From Hyaloraphidium curvatum SAG 235-1 (lineage: Eukaryota; Fungi; Monoblepharomycota), in the NCBI GenBank assembly GCA_025558095.1, contig JAIVFI010000025.1:496001-560000 (forward strand): DNA of 64,000 bases, read 5' to 3'. The first letter of the stretch is position 1. Each line of letters opens with the position of its first letter. Under the pieces are notes generated by a model. That model was not told the DNA's origin. It made no database searches and saw nothing but the letters and a program-made list of their open reading frames with translations. Made by a program: the position numbers and the translations under genes. This document shows positions 46,611 through 59,076 of this stretch, piece by piece.

Positions 46611-49600
46611 ATGTCGTCGCGCGCGTCGACGTACGCCTACACGATCCAGTCGTGGGGGAAGCGGTTCCCCATCCTGCTCAAGACGCCGTCGCCGAAGGGG
46701 CACGTGGAGCTGATCGAGATCATCGGCAAGGGGAACTACGGGAACGTCTACCGGGTGGGTGGAATGTCCGCACCGGCGGAGGGCGGGGACGGCAGGGCGG
46801 GCGCGGGGACGGGGCGGCGGGCGGGCGACGCGGGGGAGGCACGGTGCACGTTGCCGCCGCCCCCCCCGCCGCCAATCACGCGCCGCGTCGGTCGTTCCCG
46901 CGCTCCTTCCGCCCCGCTCACGCCCCGCTCCGCGGCGCCGCGGGCGTCCGCCCCCCCGCCGCGCACGCGCACCCCGCTGACCCGCCCGCTCACGTGCCAG
47001 GCCAAGCTCACCGCCACCGGCGAGGTCTCCGCCGTCAAGGTCGTCGAGCTCAAGGAGGACGAGCTCCGCGAGACGCTGCTCGAGATGGAGATCCTGGCCG
47101 GGACCAAGCACATCAACATCACGCGGTTCATGGGGATGTTCCTCAAGAACCTGGACCTGTGGATCTGCATGGAGTTCTGCGGCGGCGGCGCGATGGATTC
47201 CATCTACAGGGGGCTGAAGAGGCAGCTGGATGAGAGCACGCTGTCGGTGATTCTGCACGATACCCTCCAGGTGGGGTCGCCTCGCACCGATTGCCGGACC
47301 TCCGCTAATCCTTGCCACGCCTGCGTTGCCGGACCTCCGCTAATCCTTGCCACGCCTGCGTTTGCCCACAGGGCCTCAACTACCTCCATACCCAGTACTT
47401 CCTCATCCACCGCGACATCAAGGGGGGCAACATCTTCCTCGCCGAGGACGGCGGCTGCAAACTCGGCGATTTCGGCGTGTCGGCAAAGCTGACCGCGGCC
47501 AACGGCCGCGCGCGGACATTCATCGGGACTCCGTGGGTTGTCGTGGGATCGACTGTTGACTGTCTTTCACTCAACATATGTTTCCCCTTGTGCCCCACAG
47601 GTACTGGATGGCCCCGGAGGTCATCGCCTGCGATCCTGACTCGGCCTCCTCCGCCTCGGCCTCGTACGACACCAAATCCGACGTCTGGTCCGTGGGCATC
47701 ACCGCGATCGAGATGGCGGAAAAGAACCCTCCCCTCGCCGAGATCCACCCCATGCGCGCGCTGCACATGATCCCCACCACCGAGATCGGCTTCGCCAAGC
47801 CCAAGAACTTCTCGGCCCAGTTCCGCGATTTCGTCGCGCAGTGCCTCGTCCGCGACCCGCGCAAGAGGCCCTCGGCAGCCGACATGCTCAACCACCCGTT
47901 CCTGGCCAAGGCCGTGCAGATCGGCCCCGACAGGCGCAAGGTGGTGCTCGCGGACCTGGTGGTCAAGTACCGCAAGGACCGCGAGCGGGCCAAGCAGGGC
48001 CTGCGCGGGCCGGCGCCGGACGAGGGAGAGGCGGACCCGTTCGCGCAGTTCGACCAGCAGCCCGCCGCGCAGGCGCAGCAGCAGGCCGCCGCGGAGCAGG
48101 CCCAGCGCGAGCGCGAGGCGCAGCAGCGCGCGGCCCTCCTCGCGCAGCAGCAGCAGCAGGCCCAGCAGCAGGCGCTCCTCGCGCAGCAGCAGGCCGCGGC
48201 GCAGCAGCAGCTCGAGGCGCAGCAGGCCGCGCAGGCAGAGTACCAGCGGCAGCAGGAGCAGGCCGCCAAGGCCGCGGCCCTGGCGGCGTCCATCACCGCC
48301 GCCGCGGTCGCCGAGACGCAGCCCCGTCCGGGCCCCGCGGTGCCGCAGATCAGCGTGGCGGCGCCCACCATGCCGTACGGGCAGGCCGCGGGCACCGCCG
48401 CGCCCCCGCAGCCGGCCTACGGCGGCGAGATCGCGGACCAGGAGCGGCAGATGGCCCTCGCGCAGGAGCAGCAGCTCCTGGCCCAGCAGGGCGTCGTGAG
48501 CCCGATCGGGTCCGTGCCGATGGGGCAGCTGACGCCGGAGCAGCAGCTGGCGCTGCAGCAGGGGCAGTACGGGCAGTCGGTCGGCGTGCCCGGGCCGGAC
48601 GACCTGCCGGCGCCGCTTCCCGTGCCGCTGCCGGCGCCGCTGCCGTCGCAGAACCTGCAGGTGCCCAAGACGCCGGTTCAAGGCGGGATCTCGGTGGGTT
48701 TCGCGGTTCGGCGGTGCGTTCCCGGAGAGGTTCTCATCCCAATCGGTGAATTCCCCAGAACAAATCCGTCATTGCCCGCTCCGACTCCTTCCAGCTCCTC
48801 ACCAACCCCTCCAACAAGCTCCTGGACCAGTTCACCGTGGCCGGCCTGATCGAGCACGACGTGCTCTGCGGCGACTTCCTCGGCCCCTACCTCCTCCTCG
48901 GCACCGAGCGCAACCTCTACTTCATCGACACCACGCAGCCCGTGGACAAGCAGCAGCCCATTAAGCTCATTTCGGACGTGCGGTTCAAGCAGATCCAGGT
49001 CCTAGAGGACTACGACGTCATGCTGGCGCTGTCGGGCCGGCACAAATGGGTCCGGCAGTACCGCCTGCGGAGCCTCAAGAAGCTCATCCTGCACTGCGCG
49101 GAGCAGGTGTACGGGCGCGGGCCGGACTCGCACGTCGGCACGCTGAAGGGCACGGGGACGCAGGAGAGCGCCGGGACGGTGGTCAACGGCAGCCTTGTCA
49201 TGGCGGCGTCGACGGACGAAGAGTACCGCAAGGCGCAGCTCGGGGAGACCGTGCCCGAGAACACCGAGGAAAAAGTGAACCGCTGGACGATGGACTACAT
49301 CAAGCTGTCGCGGACCAAGTTCGCGCAGAAGTTCGTGGTGGAGCGGACGACCAACTCGATCCACATGCTCGTCCTGCTGGGCCAGGACCTGGTGCTCTAC
49401 GAGTGGGCCGTGGAGCCGTACCTGCGGTTCATGCAGGTCAAGGCCTTCTGGCTGCCCGAGCTGCCAAAGTACATGTCGCTGCTCAACGACGGGTTCTACA
49501 TCCGGGACATTTGGCTCGGCTACGACAACGAGGCCAACCTAATCCGCGTGGACGACGCCCAGGTGGCCGAGCTGACGGTGCCGACGGACCTGCTCAACAC

Positions 49601-50168
49601 GCAGCAGCGCTCGGGGTCCAAGAAGCCGCGCTGGGAATCGTGGATCCAGATCCCGTTCGACGACACGATCAAGAACAAGCTGTCCACCTTTGGCCGCTCC
49701 AGCTCGACCATCAACAAGAAGATCCGCGCCGCCATCGCGCCCACGGCGGGCGGCAAGGGCATCGGCGACGTGCCGGTGCTGCTCCTGGGCACGTACGGCA
49801 ACGTGACGCGTGTCATCGACATGGAGGGCAAGGTGGTGGACACGACGGGGTCGGGCAACTCGAAGAAGGGCGGGTACATGATCACGTGGAGCAACATCCC
49901 CAAGGAGGTGCTGCTCCGCCCCGGCTCCTACGTCATCGCCATCACCAACGACACGGTCGAGGTGGCGTCGTGGAAGACGGGCGAGGTGCTCCAGATCTTC
50001 AAGACCCCGAGCTCCAACATCGAGCTCCTGACGTACCGCGACAACAAGGTCTACATCCTCACGGGGAAGAAATCAACCGGATTCCGCGTGCTGATGCTGC
50101 AGGACGTGAAGCACACCACCGGGACCATTGTGGGCGAGAGGAACCGGGCGGCGCCGGCGCCGGCATGA
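46611..50168 (+). CDS. Ste20/GCK-family MAP4K kinase with Q/A-rich linker and C-terminal CNH domain
   Basis: IGKGNYGNV, HRDIKGGN, DFG, FIGTPYWMAPEV; CNH-like LLLGTE, RFKQIQVLE, LALSGRHKWVRQY.L..L; introns include 46755-47000 and 47271-47371. Confidence 0.92.
47291..47360. repeat. Perfect 35-bp tandem duplication inside a kinase intron
   Basis: ttgccggacctccgctaatccttgccacgcctgcg twice. Confidence 0.95.
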
Positions 50169-50303
50169 GGGCGCGGATGTGCTTGGGGCGGCGAGGGGGG
50201 CTTGGGAATCTTGTATGGGGCTTTAGAAAAACCCGGCCGCTTTGTTAAGGCTCGCTCGGTCATAATTCGAGAACGGTATATTGGTCTTCATTGCCGTCGC
50301 GCC

Positions 50304-53300
50304 TCACAGAGCCCCGTGCGGTTCGTCCTCGAAGTCCTCGTCCGCGAACTCGTCCTTGAACTCGTCCTTCGGGGGAACAAAACCGGCCAGCGCGGTCTTG
50401 CCCCGCGGAAGGATGGAGAACATCATTCCCGGCTTCGCGAGCGGCGGGTCCGCGGGCTTGCGATCGGCGATCCTCGTCCTCGTCCCGAACCTCGCCTGCG
50501 GCGGCTTCTGAATCTCGTCCGCGGCCTTGGTCTTTGCCAGGCGCTCCTCGAACTTCTTGCGGGCGATCTCCTTCATGTTGGCCTCGGCTTCGGGGCCCGA
50601 ATCGTGCACCATCCGCGCCAGCCAGCCGTTACTCGGACCCCTTTCCAGCAGCTCGTGCGGGTGGCCGAATTCAACGACATTGCCCTGGTCGAGCACGAGG
50701 ATACGATCGTAATCAATCACAGTGCCGAGACGGTGAGCACTGTTGAGAGCGTCAGGAAGGCCAGACTTCGTCTGGTCCAACTAGAGCAACCCACATTGTG
50801 ATGACGGTGGCGTCCTTGAACAAGCCCTCCTCCGACCGCAAAGTCGTCTGGATGAGCCTATCTGTGCGAACGTCGATGTTGGCGCCGACCTCGTCCTGCG
50901 ATACAAGGCATCAGCAAGGTATCGTGGAGAACGGGCCGAAACGTGCTCACCATCACGACCACGCGGCTCCGCTGCATGAGCGCTCTCGACAAACAGATGA
51001 GCTAGCGTTCCCGAGGTAGATTAGTTTGTCTCCCGTGGACCTGCCGTTCGAAAAACGAACCTGCCGTTCCCCGACGGACCAGTTGGATCCGCCGTCCGAA
51101 ACCTGCATCTCCAGCTTGTCCGGCGACGATTCGACCTTTTCTTTCAACTCGACGGCTTCCAGGGCACTGTTTAGAGACGTGATCAGGACTGTGTCTCGAG
51201 ATAGGAGGGTGGAGCTCAGACCTCCAGATGGCGGCGTCGTCGTACTTGTTGAAGGGGTCGATGTTGAAGCGCAGGGTGCCCTTAAACTGGAAACATTCAC
51301 GTCAGCGGACTGCCCTCACCAGCCAGCGCCACGTACGAACCAGATACGGCTCCTGCGGTACGATGCCGAGGTTCTGTCGGAGATCCAGCAGTCCAATGTC
51401 GGATGTCGCGACGCCATCAATGACGACCGATCGTTCAGGCGACGGCTCGACAAGCCGGAACAAGGCGGTCAAGAGCGACGATTTCCCGGCTCCCGTTCTG
51501 TTGGGCCAGCAAATGAGCGGATAATCATTTGGGAACGCAACAGACAAACAGACCTGCCGACCAAGCCGACCTTCTCGCCCGCGGCAATCGAAACGGACAG
51601 ATCTTTGAGCACGGTCTGGCCCGTGACCGGGTACGTCAAGCTCATCTTGTCAAAGACGATCGCACCGCCCGTCGGCCAGTCCGGGGGCGGCCTGACGTCG
51701 GTTACGGAAGGCGGTTCTTGGGGCACCTTGGTGTAGTCCAAGATGCGTTCCACGGACACCTGTCGCGATGGAAATCAGCCCAACGCCGCCGATGGTGAAA
51801 GGTTCAGCGACGAACCATCAGGTTCTCCGCTTCCACGCTCTGGCGAACGCCCCATTGGAGCGTTCCCATCAACTGCAGGACGTAGGCCAGTAAAAGGCCG
51901 ACGGTAGGTCCCGAAAGCGACGAAACAAGCCCGGCCGACAGAAATGCCGTAAAGGTGAGCAATGCGGCACCGGAGATATCCAAGCTGGGGAAACAAGATC
52001 AGCCTCGAGCAAGCGTAGATCATTGAAGACCCACCGGAAGCCGAGCCAACGGGCGCTCGAGATGAAGCCGAACCACTGGCTCGTATTGGCGTCTTGGAGA
52101 CACGAGAAGCTGTCCACGAAGCGATTTCCGGCCTTGAAGGCCCGGATCACGGGCAATCCTTCCAAGGTTGTCGGGATCGCCGAGTAAACCTGTCGCGAGA
52201 TGCACATCGTAAGCGGCGACTGGGAACGGCACCAACTGGCCCACCGGTGACCGCGAATTTGCTTCAAGGCGCTTGATTTGCCTCGAGCCCGTGACGTAGA
52301 CCCTGTCGGGATCGTTGCTCAGCACAGTAAACAAACACCCGAAAGGCGACGTCGCACCGACCTTCGGAGGACGTAGAATACGACGAGGAGGATAGGAATG
52401 AAGGAGAGGGAGATCGGCATGATGACGGCCGTCAGGATGAGGATACCCAGGACCATGAACACCGTCTGCACGCGGCCAAGCAGTTGGTAAGGGCAATATC
52501 AAAGTGTCATGTGCGATAATGCTCACCTGAGCAAGGTCGTAGAGCACCATCGGCAAAAGCTCGTCAATCAACGCGATGTCCTTGCTGAATCTGTTTAGCA
52601 AGCGACCGAGAGGATTCACTTGAAAGAAGAAGATGGGCGCTCGAAGAATGGCCTTGAGCATGTCGTTGAAGAGCGTCGTGCTTGCGGTGAGGCTGCCAAC
52701 GCGGTCCGAATGAAGTCAGCCAACGACGAACTGGATCCCAAACCACGAGCCACGAACCACATCCAGAAGAAAATTTGAGCCCGAACGACGGCGACGGAAA
52801 CGTTCGCGGCGGTCAGCCCGGCAAACACGGACACATAGATGGAGTTGCGCTGATTCGTCGGGTTCTGTCGCGACCAGACCGCAAGCCACCAGTCGCAAAG
52901 GATGAGGCAGGCCTCGCCAACGCAGAGCATCAACAGCAGAGTGGCCGAAAGCGGCCAGCCTCCAGCCGCTTTGCCGAATGCGATCCACACTCCCAGACCG
53001 ACATCCCCAAGCTGGCGTTCTTCGACAACGAAGCCACCTCCTGCTGGGGCTGCTTTGGCATCTCCGACGTCCTTCGCGGCGGACTGATCGGCCGGGATGG
53101 CCTTGCTTTCCTCGGCTTCCTTGTCCGCGACCTCGTCCGTCTCCTCCGAATCGGACTCAGAGTCGTCCAGATCAAGTTCGTCCACCGTTTTGCCGTTCCC
53201 GGCCTCCTTGAAAGAGTACTGCCGCAGCACGTGGGCAAAGCTCTGCCTCCGAACATCGCGGATGTTTCCGCTCGGCACTCGCATCGATTCGATCTCGGCC

Positions 53301-55660
53301 CATGTTCCCTGCCGGCTTATCCTTCCCTTTTCCATGATCAGAACCTGGTCGGCATCCTTCACGAACTGCAGCTGGTGTGTCACGATGATGACAGTTTTCC
53401 CCTTGGTAGCGACGAGATCCCGTAATGTAGCCCAGAGGTGCTTCGCGACCCTGGAATCGACGGCCGAAAGTGGATCATCCAAAAGGTAAAGATCCGGGTC
53501 TGCATAAATGGCTCGAGCAAGGGCCGTTCGGGCTCGCTGGCCTCCGGAGAGCACGACACCCCTATCGCCAATGACGGTGTCCTTGCCGTTCGGCAGAATC
53601 TCCAAATCTCTAGTCATGGCCGCCATCTCGACTGTTTCCGCGAAACGCTTCTCGTCGTACGGCAAACCGAACAGGATGTTGTCCATGACCGTCCCGTTCG
53701 TGATCCAGGGCGATTGGGTGGCCAGCGCGATCGACCGAGCTCCGACCAGGACCGATCCTTTCGTGAGACTCATTTCCGAGAGCAGGGCGAGGAGCAACGA
53801 CGACTTTCCGGCACCGACCGGGCCCACAATCGCCGTCGTCGTGCCGCGCTTGACCACGAAATCGATGGATTCGAGGGAGAACGCCCGCGCCGTGACGGCC
53901 ACCTCGTCAACTGTCGAACTGCCATCTCCCGACTCGGGACCCTCCGTTTCGTCCTCCGAAGAAGAAGCTCCGTCGGGTCGAGGGTCCGAAACCTTGGAGA
54001 CGTCCTTCATCTCCATGGCCCCGTCCTTTGGATGACCGTTCGCCGCCGGCTCGGAAACGGCGGCACTCGTGGACGCCTGGTCCGAGGCCCACGAAAAGCT
54101 GGCTTCCCGCACCGACACCAGAACCTCACTGCCGGCCTTATGACCCAAAAGCCGAGCAATCTCGGCGCGGTCCTTTTCCGGATCGTGCTCCGTGTTGGAC
54201 ATTTCGGGCAGCGAAAGGAACTCCGAAATGCGAGCGACAGACACGTTCGACTCCGACAGAAACTGCACGGCCTTCGAAAAGAAGTTGGAAAGTGTGAGGC
54301 GCACGATGTTGAAGAGGTAGATGGTGACGAAGACGCGGTCCGCCGTGAACGTGTTGCCTGCAAGCACTCTGTAAGCGATTGCCAAGCACGAGTTCGATCA
54401 GATCCGACGTACCAAGAGCCCAGTAGGTACCGAAAGTCGCAAGACTCGTCAAGGAGGGCGTGACGATGTACATGGCCTGAAATCAAGGAATCAGAGGCCT
54501 GCTTTCCGCAGATAAGTCGGACATCGACATACCTCGTTGAGAGCGCGCAGGACACTGGCTTTCCGGATGTAGCTGATTTCAGCGTTCCGTAGCTCAGAAA
54601 TCTTGTCTTTCATGGCCTCTTCCCAGCCATAGAGCTTGTGCGGGATGTCAGCAAACTTCATGGGAAACCATGTTCTACCGGAACCGACCTTGACAACCTG
54701 AATGCCAGCAAGCGCGTCCGAGATGTTCTTGATCCGTTCGTCACGCTCCCTCACCGTGTCGCGCCTAAGAGCCCCGAATCGCTTGGCAAAGAACGACTGC
54801 AGTGGGATCGACAGGAACAGGATTGCAAACCCCACGAGCGAGCTGACACCGATCAAGAGGTACATGATGACAACGCTGATAGCGGCCTCCAAGGGCCCGA
54901 GGAGGATGAAGAAAGCAAACGGGGCGGCTTCCTCGAAGCGCTGGGTGTCGTTCGCCGTCAGGTTCGTGATGTAGCCCGTGCTGGACGTGTGCGTAATTGA
55001 AAGGCGGAGGCACTTGCGGTAGATGGTCGAGATGAAGCCGACCCGCATCCTGAATCCGACCCTCATCGACAGAAAGAACAGCACGTGGTGGAGGAACGCG
55101 TGCCAAACGACCGTCAACGAAAGGAGGCCGGCCCAAAGGTACCCCGAGTTGTCGCTCACGCCTGCCGTCCAGGCCATGAACCAGCGAACGAGGGCTCCGA
55201 GCAGCAGAGCCTCGAGAATCTTTGCGACCGTCTCGGCGGCAGCTGCCAGCGTCGCCCAGAAGTACTCGAGGCCAAAGATCCGGAGCATGACGTACAGCAG
55301 CGCCGCCTTGGGCGTCCTCGGCTGCCGTCCCGCGGCCTCATCGCGCTTCATCCTCTCCTGCTCCGCCGCCCATTCCCGCAGGATCCACGAAGACAGGACG
55401 TCGGCAGAATCCCGTGCCTCCGCAGCCGGAAAGTCCGAGTCCTCCAGCGCCGTCCCTTTCCGCGCCCGCCTGTTGGCCTCGATGATGATCCATTGCGGGT
55501 ACGAGTACGTAAGGTAGACCACGAGCCACCGTAGAGGCAGGAAGAGCTGCTGCAGCGCCGACAGCGGGTCCCCCAGCTTCCATTTCAAGAAGCTGACATA
55601 AGAGCTGTAGTCCGCGCCCCAGTACGGCCGTGTGGCCGGTTTCTCCGGCGCTCCGCTCAT
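50304..55660 (-). CDS. ABCC/MRP-type full-size ABC transporter
   Basis: NBD1 GPVGAGKSS and LSGGQRAR; NBD2 GRTGAGKSS and WSVGERQ; two TMDs; many introns. Confidence 0.93.
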
Positions 55661-55821
55661 ATCCGGAGCGGCTCCGGCCAGACGAGGCGGGTGGAGAAGC
55701 CGATGGATCTTGGATCAACCGCGAGTGAGCCGCCGTCCGGCCGTGTCAACAACCCCACAATCCCGTCGCGTGTCCCCCGGATTCCGAGCTTTGGAGGTTC
55801 TTCCGGGCCCTCGAAGACGCG

Positions 55822-56988
55822 ATGAACGTGCCGATCTTTGACTGGAAGGAGCTGCAATACCGCTCGGACCTCCGACCGGGGCTGCGGAAGGCGGTCGTCG
55901 ACACGGGCTACCTCTACCTCGTCCGGCACGGGATTCCGACCGACCTGCTCGCGTCTCTCGCGGACTGCACGCGTGCGGTGTTTGCCATTCCCATGGAGGA
56001 GAAGCTGCGGACGGACATTGCCAACAGCCCCCACTTCTACGGCTTCAACCCGATGGTCTCCGTCCTCACGCAGAGCAGGCCTGACGTGAGGGAGCACTTT
56101 GATTTCGGGGACGACAGGCCGTCTGCGTGGACCGAGGGGCAGGATCTGTGGCGGCGGATGAGGCCGGGGCCGAACCAGTGGCCGTCGCATCCGGGATTGC
56201 CGCCAGAGTTTCGCGCGACCGTGCTGAGCTACTTGGAGCACATGGCAAACTTGGCGAGGGAGTTCACGCGTGTGCTGGCGCTTTCCTTGGGGTTGTCTGC
56301 CGACGCGTTTGATTCGCTCGAGGGCGGCGGCCGGATCAAGCTGTGCCGTTACCCTGGGCTAGATGAGATCGAGGCCGACGTCAGGCAAAGGTTGACGGTG
56401 AAGGGGTCCCACATTCGATCCGGATTGAACATCGTGGACGAGGATGTTGTTCTCGGAGTCGGCGAGCATCGCGACGCGTGGTTGACGTTCACACTCGGGG
56501 TTCCTGCCCGGGATACCGCCGGCAAGGCAACCGACAAGGGCCTATCCGGCCTCCAGATCCGCCAGTCGCCCGACGATCCCTTTACCCCCGTGCCCGACAT
56601 TCCGGACGGGTGCGACGACCCCTTCCCGCTGATCGTCAACTTCGGCCACCTTTTCACGCGGCTCACCCACGGCTGCGTCAGCGCCACGCTGCACCGCGTG
56701 GTCCTCGGTAACACGGCACGGTACAGTGTGCCGTACTTTGCCGACATCGACTTCGAGGCGGACCTGTCGCTGGGCTGGCACATTGGCCGCGAGGCGGACG
56801 CGGACGGGGATGATGGGGGCAAGCAATCGGGGCCTCCTCCTCCTCCGCCGCCTGGACAGCCCCCGGTTCACATTGGGGAAGCGTACCTGGTCAACCGATG
56901 CCGTTCGCACCAACGGGTCGGGTGGAGGTGGTATCCGCAGCTTATGGAATGGCTTCAGAGAACGAACCAGCTCGGCGACGCGGCTTGA
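55822..56988 (+). CDS. 2-oxoglutarate/Fe(II) dioxygenase (IPNS-like)
   Basis: GYLYLVRHG, GPNQWP, GEHRD, ATLHRV, RYSVPYF; intronless. Confidence 0.9.
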   Translation: MNVPIFDWKELQYRSDLRPGLRKAVVDTGYLYLVRHGIPTDLLASLADCTRAVFAIPMEEKLRTDIANSPHFYGFNPMVSVLTQSRPDVREHFDFGDDRPSAWTEGQDLWRRMRPGPNQWPSHPGLPPEFRATVLSYLEHMANLAREFTRVLALSLGLSADAFDSLEGGGRIKLCRYPGLDEIEADVRQRLTVKGSHIRSGLNIVDEDVVLGVGEHRDAWLTFTLGVPARDTAGKATDKGLSGLQIRQSPDDPFTPVPDIPDGCDDPFPLIVNFGHLFTRLTHGCVSATLHRVVLGNTARYSVPYFADIDFEADLSLGWHIGREADADGDDGGKQSGPPPPPPPGQPPVHIGEAYLVNRCRSHQRVGWRWYPQLMEWLQRTNQLGDAA

Positions 56989-57073
56989 AAAGGGATCGTG
57001 TTGAGGAGAATACAGAACGTCCCATAACATGCCATCCCTGAGGCACCAGTCCAGAAGTCGCACCGTGCCCTCT

Positions 57074-57550
57074 TCAAAGCCCGTGGTTCTTTTTCAGGTG
57101 CTCCAGGAAGGCCTCCGATGCCTTGGTCACCTGCTTGAAGTTGATCTCGAACCCCTCAGGCCCGCCGTAGTATGGATCCTCGACGATCCCGACGTCGCCG
57201 TACTTGCCAAAGAGATCCAGCTTCGCCTTTGCCTCCTTCGGCGCGATCCGCCGCGCGTTCGACACGTTCTCCGTGTCCATCGCCAGGATATAGTCGAATT
57301 CCTCAAAGTCCCGCGGCTTCAGCTGCCGCGCGCGGTGGTCCACGGGCACCCCGTGCCGGCGGCACGTCTCTGCGCTGCGCGGGTCCGGGGACGAGCCGAT
57401 GTGGTACCCCGCCGTGCCCGCGCTGTCCACCTTGATCCGGTCCGACAGCCCGCGCTTGCGGACCATATCGGCGAACACGGCCTCGCACATCGGGGAGCGG
57501 CAGATGTTGCCCAGGCAGATGAAGAGGACCTTGATCGGCGGGTCCCCCAT
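57074..57550 (-). CDS. LTP1: Low-molecular-weight protein tyrosine phosphatase
   Basis: VLFICLGNICRSP and DPYYG motifs. Confidence 0.95.
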   Translation of the reverse strand: MGDPPIKVLFICLGNICRSPMCEAVFADMVRKRGLSDRIKVDSAGTAGYHIGSSPDPRSAETCRRHGVPVDHRARQLKPRDFEEFDYILAMDTENVSNARRIAPKEAKAKLDLFGKYGDVGIVEDPYYGGPEGFEINFKQVTKASEAFLEHLKKNHGL

Positions 57551-57791
57551 CGCGGTCCGAAGCGTCCGGGAAAGGAAGAGGCGATTAAAAAAATCGACGC
57601 AGGTCGCAGAAAGTCCGCCTTCGAAGAAGACAACGCGGCCGGACGCGTCGCGTTGTTGTCAAGTTGAACGGCGTTGCGCGCTCAGTCCGCGCCGCCGCCG
57701 CGGGTAAAGACCCGCTCCGCTCCGTCTCCCGCTCCGGAGCTCGAACCTCCCTTCTTTCCAGAGGAAATTGATCTACTCGCCCTCCTTTGCC

Positions 57792-58202
57792 ATGTCCTCC
57801 CCCTCCGCCCCCGCGATGGGCTTCGCCCGCGCTCCCTCGATCCGCGGCCCCCTCCCCGCGACCCCCGGCGCCCCGGGCCGCAACCCCACCGGGATCTCGG
57901 CCTTCGCCAACGACGGCTTCTCCGCCGGCATCTGGGAGTCGGACCCGTACAAGGTTGATCTGGACGGCTACCCGGTGACCGAAGCGATGCACATATTGGA
58001 AGGGGAGATCGTGGTGACGCCCAAAGGCGGGCAGCCGGAGAGTTTTGGGCCTGGGGACTACTTTGTGCTCCCAAAGGGCTGGGTGGGGAGGTGGGTCGTG
58101 TGCGCGCTGCTTGAAAGGAAGCTGCTGATGCGCCGCCGCGCGTTGGGAAGGTTCGAGGTGACCAAGAAGGTCAGGAAGGTGTACGCCATCTCCAAGCTCT
58201 AA
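57792..58202 (+). CDS. Cupin_3 (DUF861/EutQ-like) small cupin
   Basis: AGIWES.P, EAMHILEG, GPGDYFVLPKGWVG, KVRKVY; intron 58091-58150. Confidence 0.85.
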   Translation: MSSPSAPAMGFARAPSIRGPLPATPGAPGRNPTGISAFANDGFSAGIWESDPYKVDLDGYPVTEAMHILEGEIVVTPKGGQPESFGPGDYFVLPKGWVGRWVVCALLERKLLMRRRALGRFEVTKKVRKVYAISKL

Positions 58203-58257
58203 TTCCCAAAGGCATGGGTCCCACGATTGTATTGCGTTCATTGGAGCACGTTGCCCA

Positions 58258-59076
58258 TCACTTGGGCGCGATCTTGCCCGCCACCGCGTACGGGAACTCC
58301 TTGAGCGAGCTCCCGCCGTCCACCACCAGCGACGTCCCGTTGCAGAACTTGGCCGCGGGCGTGGCGAAGAACAGCATCGCGTCGGCGATCCACTTGGGGT
58401 CGCCGCCCTTGCCGCTCGGGATCTCGACCTCGAACTTCGCCAGGTCCTCGGCCGAAAGAAGGCCGTGGATGCCTTCGGTCAGCACGAGTCCCGGCTCGAC
58501 ACAGTTCACGTTGATGCCCCAAGGCGCGAGCTCCATCGCCAGGCCCTTGACCAGGCCGTTCACCCCGCCCTTGGAGGCGGCGTAGGCGGTCAGGTCCTGC
58601 GTGGTGACCTTGTTGCCTGTGACCGACGAGGTTATGACGATCTTGCCGGACCGCTGCTGCTTGAAGTGCGGCGCAAACGCGCGGCAGATCCGGAAGGCCG
58701 ACTTGAGGTTGAGCGTGTGCACGCGGTCCCACATCTCGTCCGTCGTGTCCTCCAGCGACGCCGAGGGGTAGATACCCGCACAGAGGAACAGGGCATCCGC
58801 GCGGCCGAACTTTTCGATGCACGATTTAAGAATCCTGTCCCCAGCATCGGGAAGCGTGATGTCCAGGGCCAAGCTCTCGGCGCGGACCTCCCCGGCCTTG
58901 GCCACCTCCGCTACGGCCTTCTCGGCGCCCGCAGCGTTGAGATCGACGAGCAGCACCTCGGCGCCGGCCTGCGCGGCGGCGAGCGCGACGGCCTTGCCGA
59001 CGCCCTGCGCGGAGCCGGTAACGACGGCGACGGTGCCGGCGAGCGCGCGGCCGAAGGATTCGTGGGAGGGAGGCAT
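58258..59076 (-). CDS. Short-chain dehydrogenase/reductase (FabG-like)
   Basis: TGSAQGVG, YAASK, INVNCVEPG, VVDGG; intronless. Confidence 0.92.
   Translation of the reverse strand: MPPSHESFGRALAGTVAVVTGSAQGVGKAVALAAAQAGAEVLLVDLNAAGAEKAVAEVAKAGEVRAESLALDITLPDAGDRILKSCIEKFGRADALFLCAGIYPSASLEDTTDEMWDRVHTLNLKSAFRICRAFAPHFKQQRSGKIVITSSVTGNKVTTQDLTAYAASKGGVNGLVKGLAMELAPWGINVNCVEPGLVLTEGIHGLLSAEDLAKFEVEIPSGKGGDPKWIADAMLFFATPAAKFCNGTSLVVDGGSSLKEFPYAVAGKIAPK

Noticed and set aside
46755-47000. Stop-free, in-frame introns as a special retention system
   Set aside because: High GC makes stop-free introns common and a third are 3n by chance; no enrichment could be shown.
48050-48300. CAG-rich repeat as a mobile or satellite element
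   Set aside because: It encodes the Gln/Ala-rich linker of the kinase.
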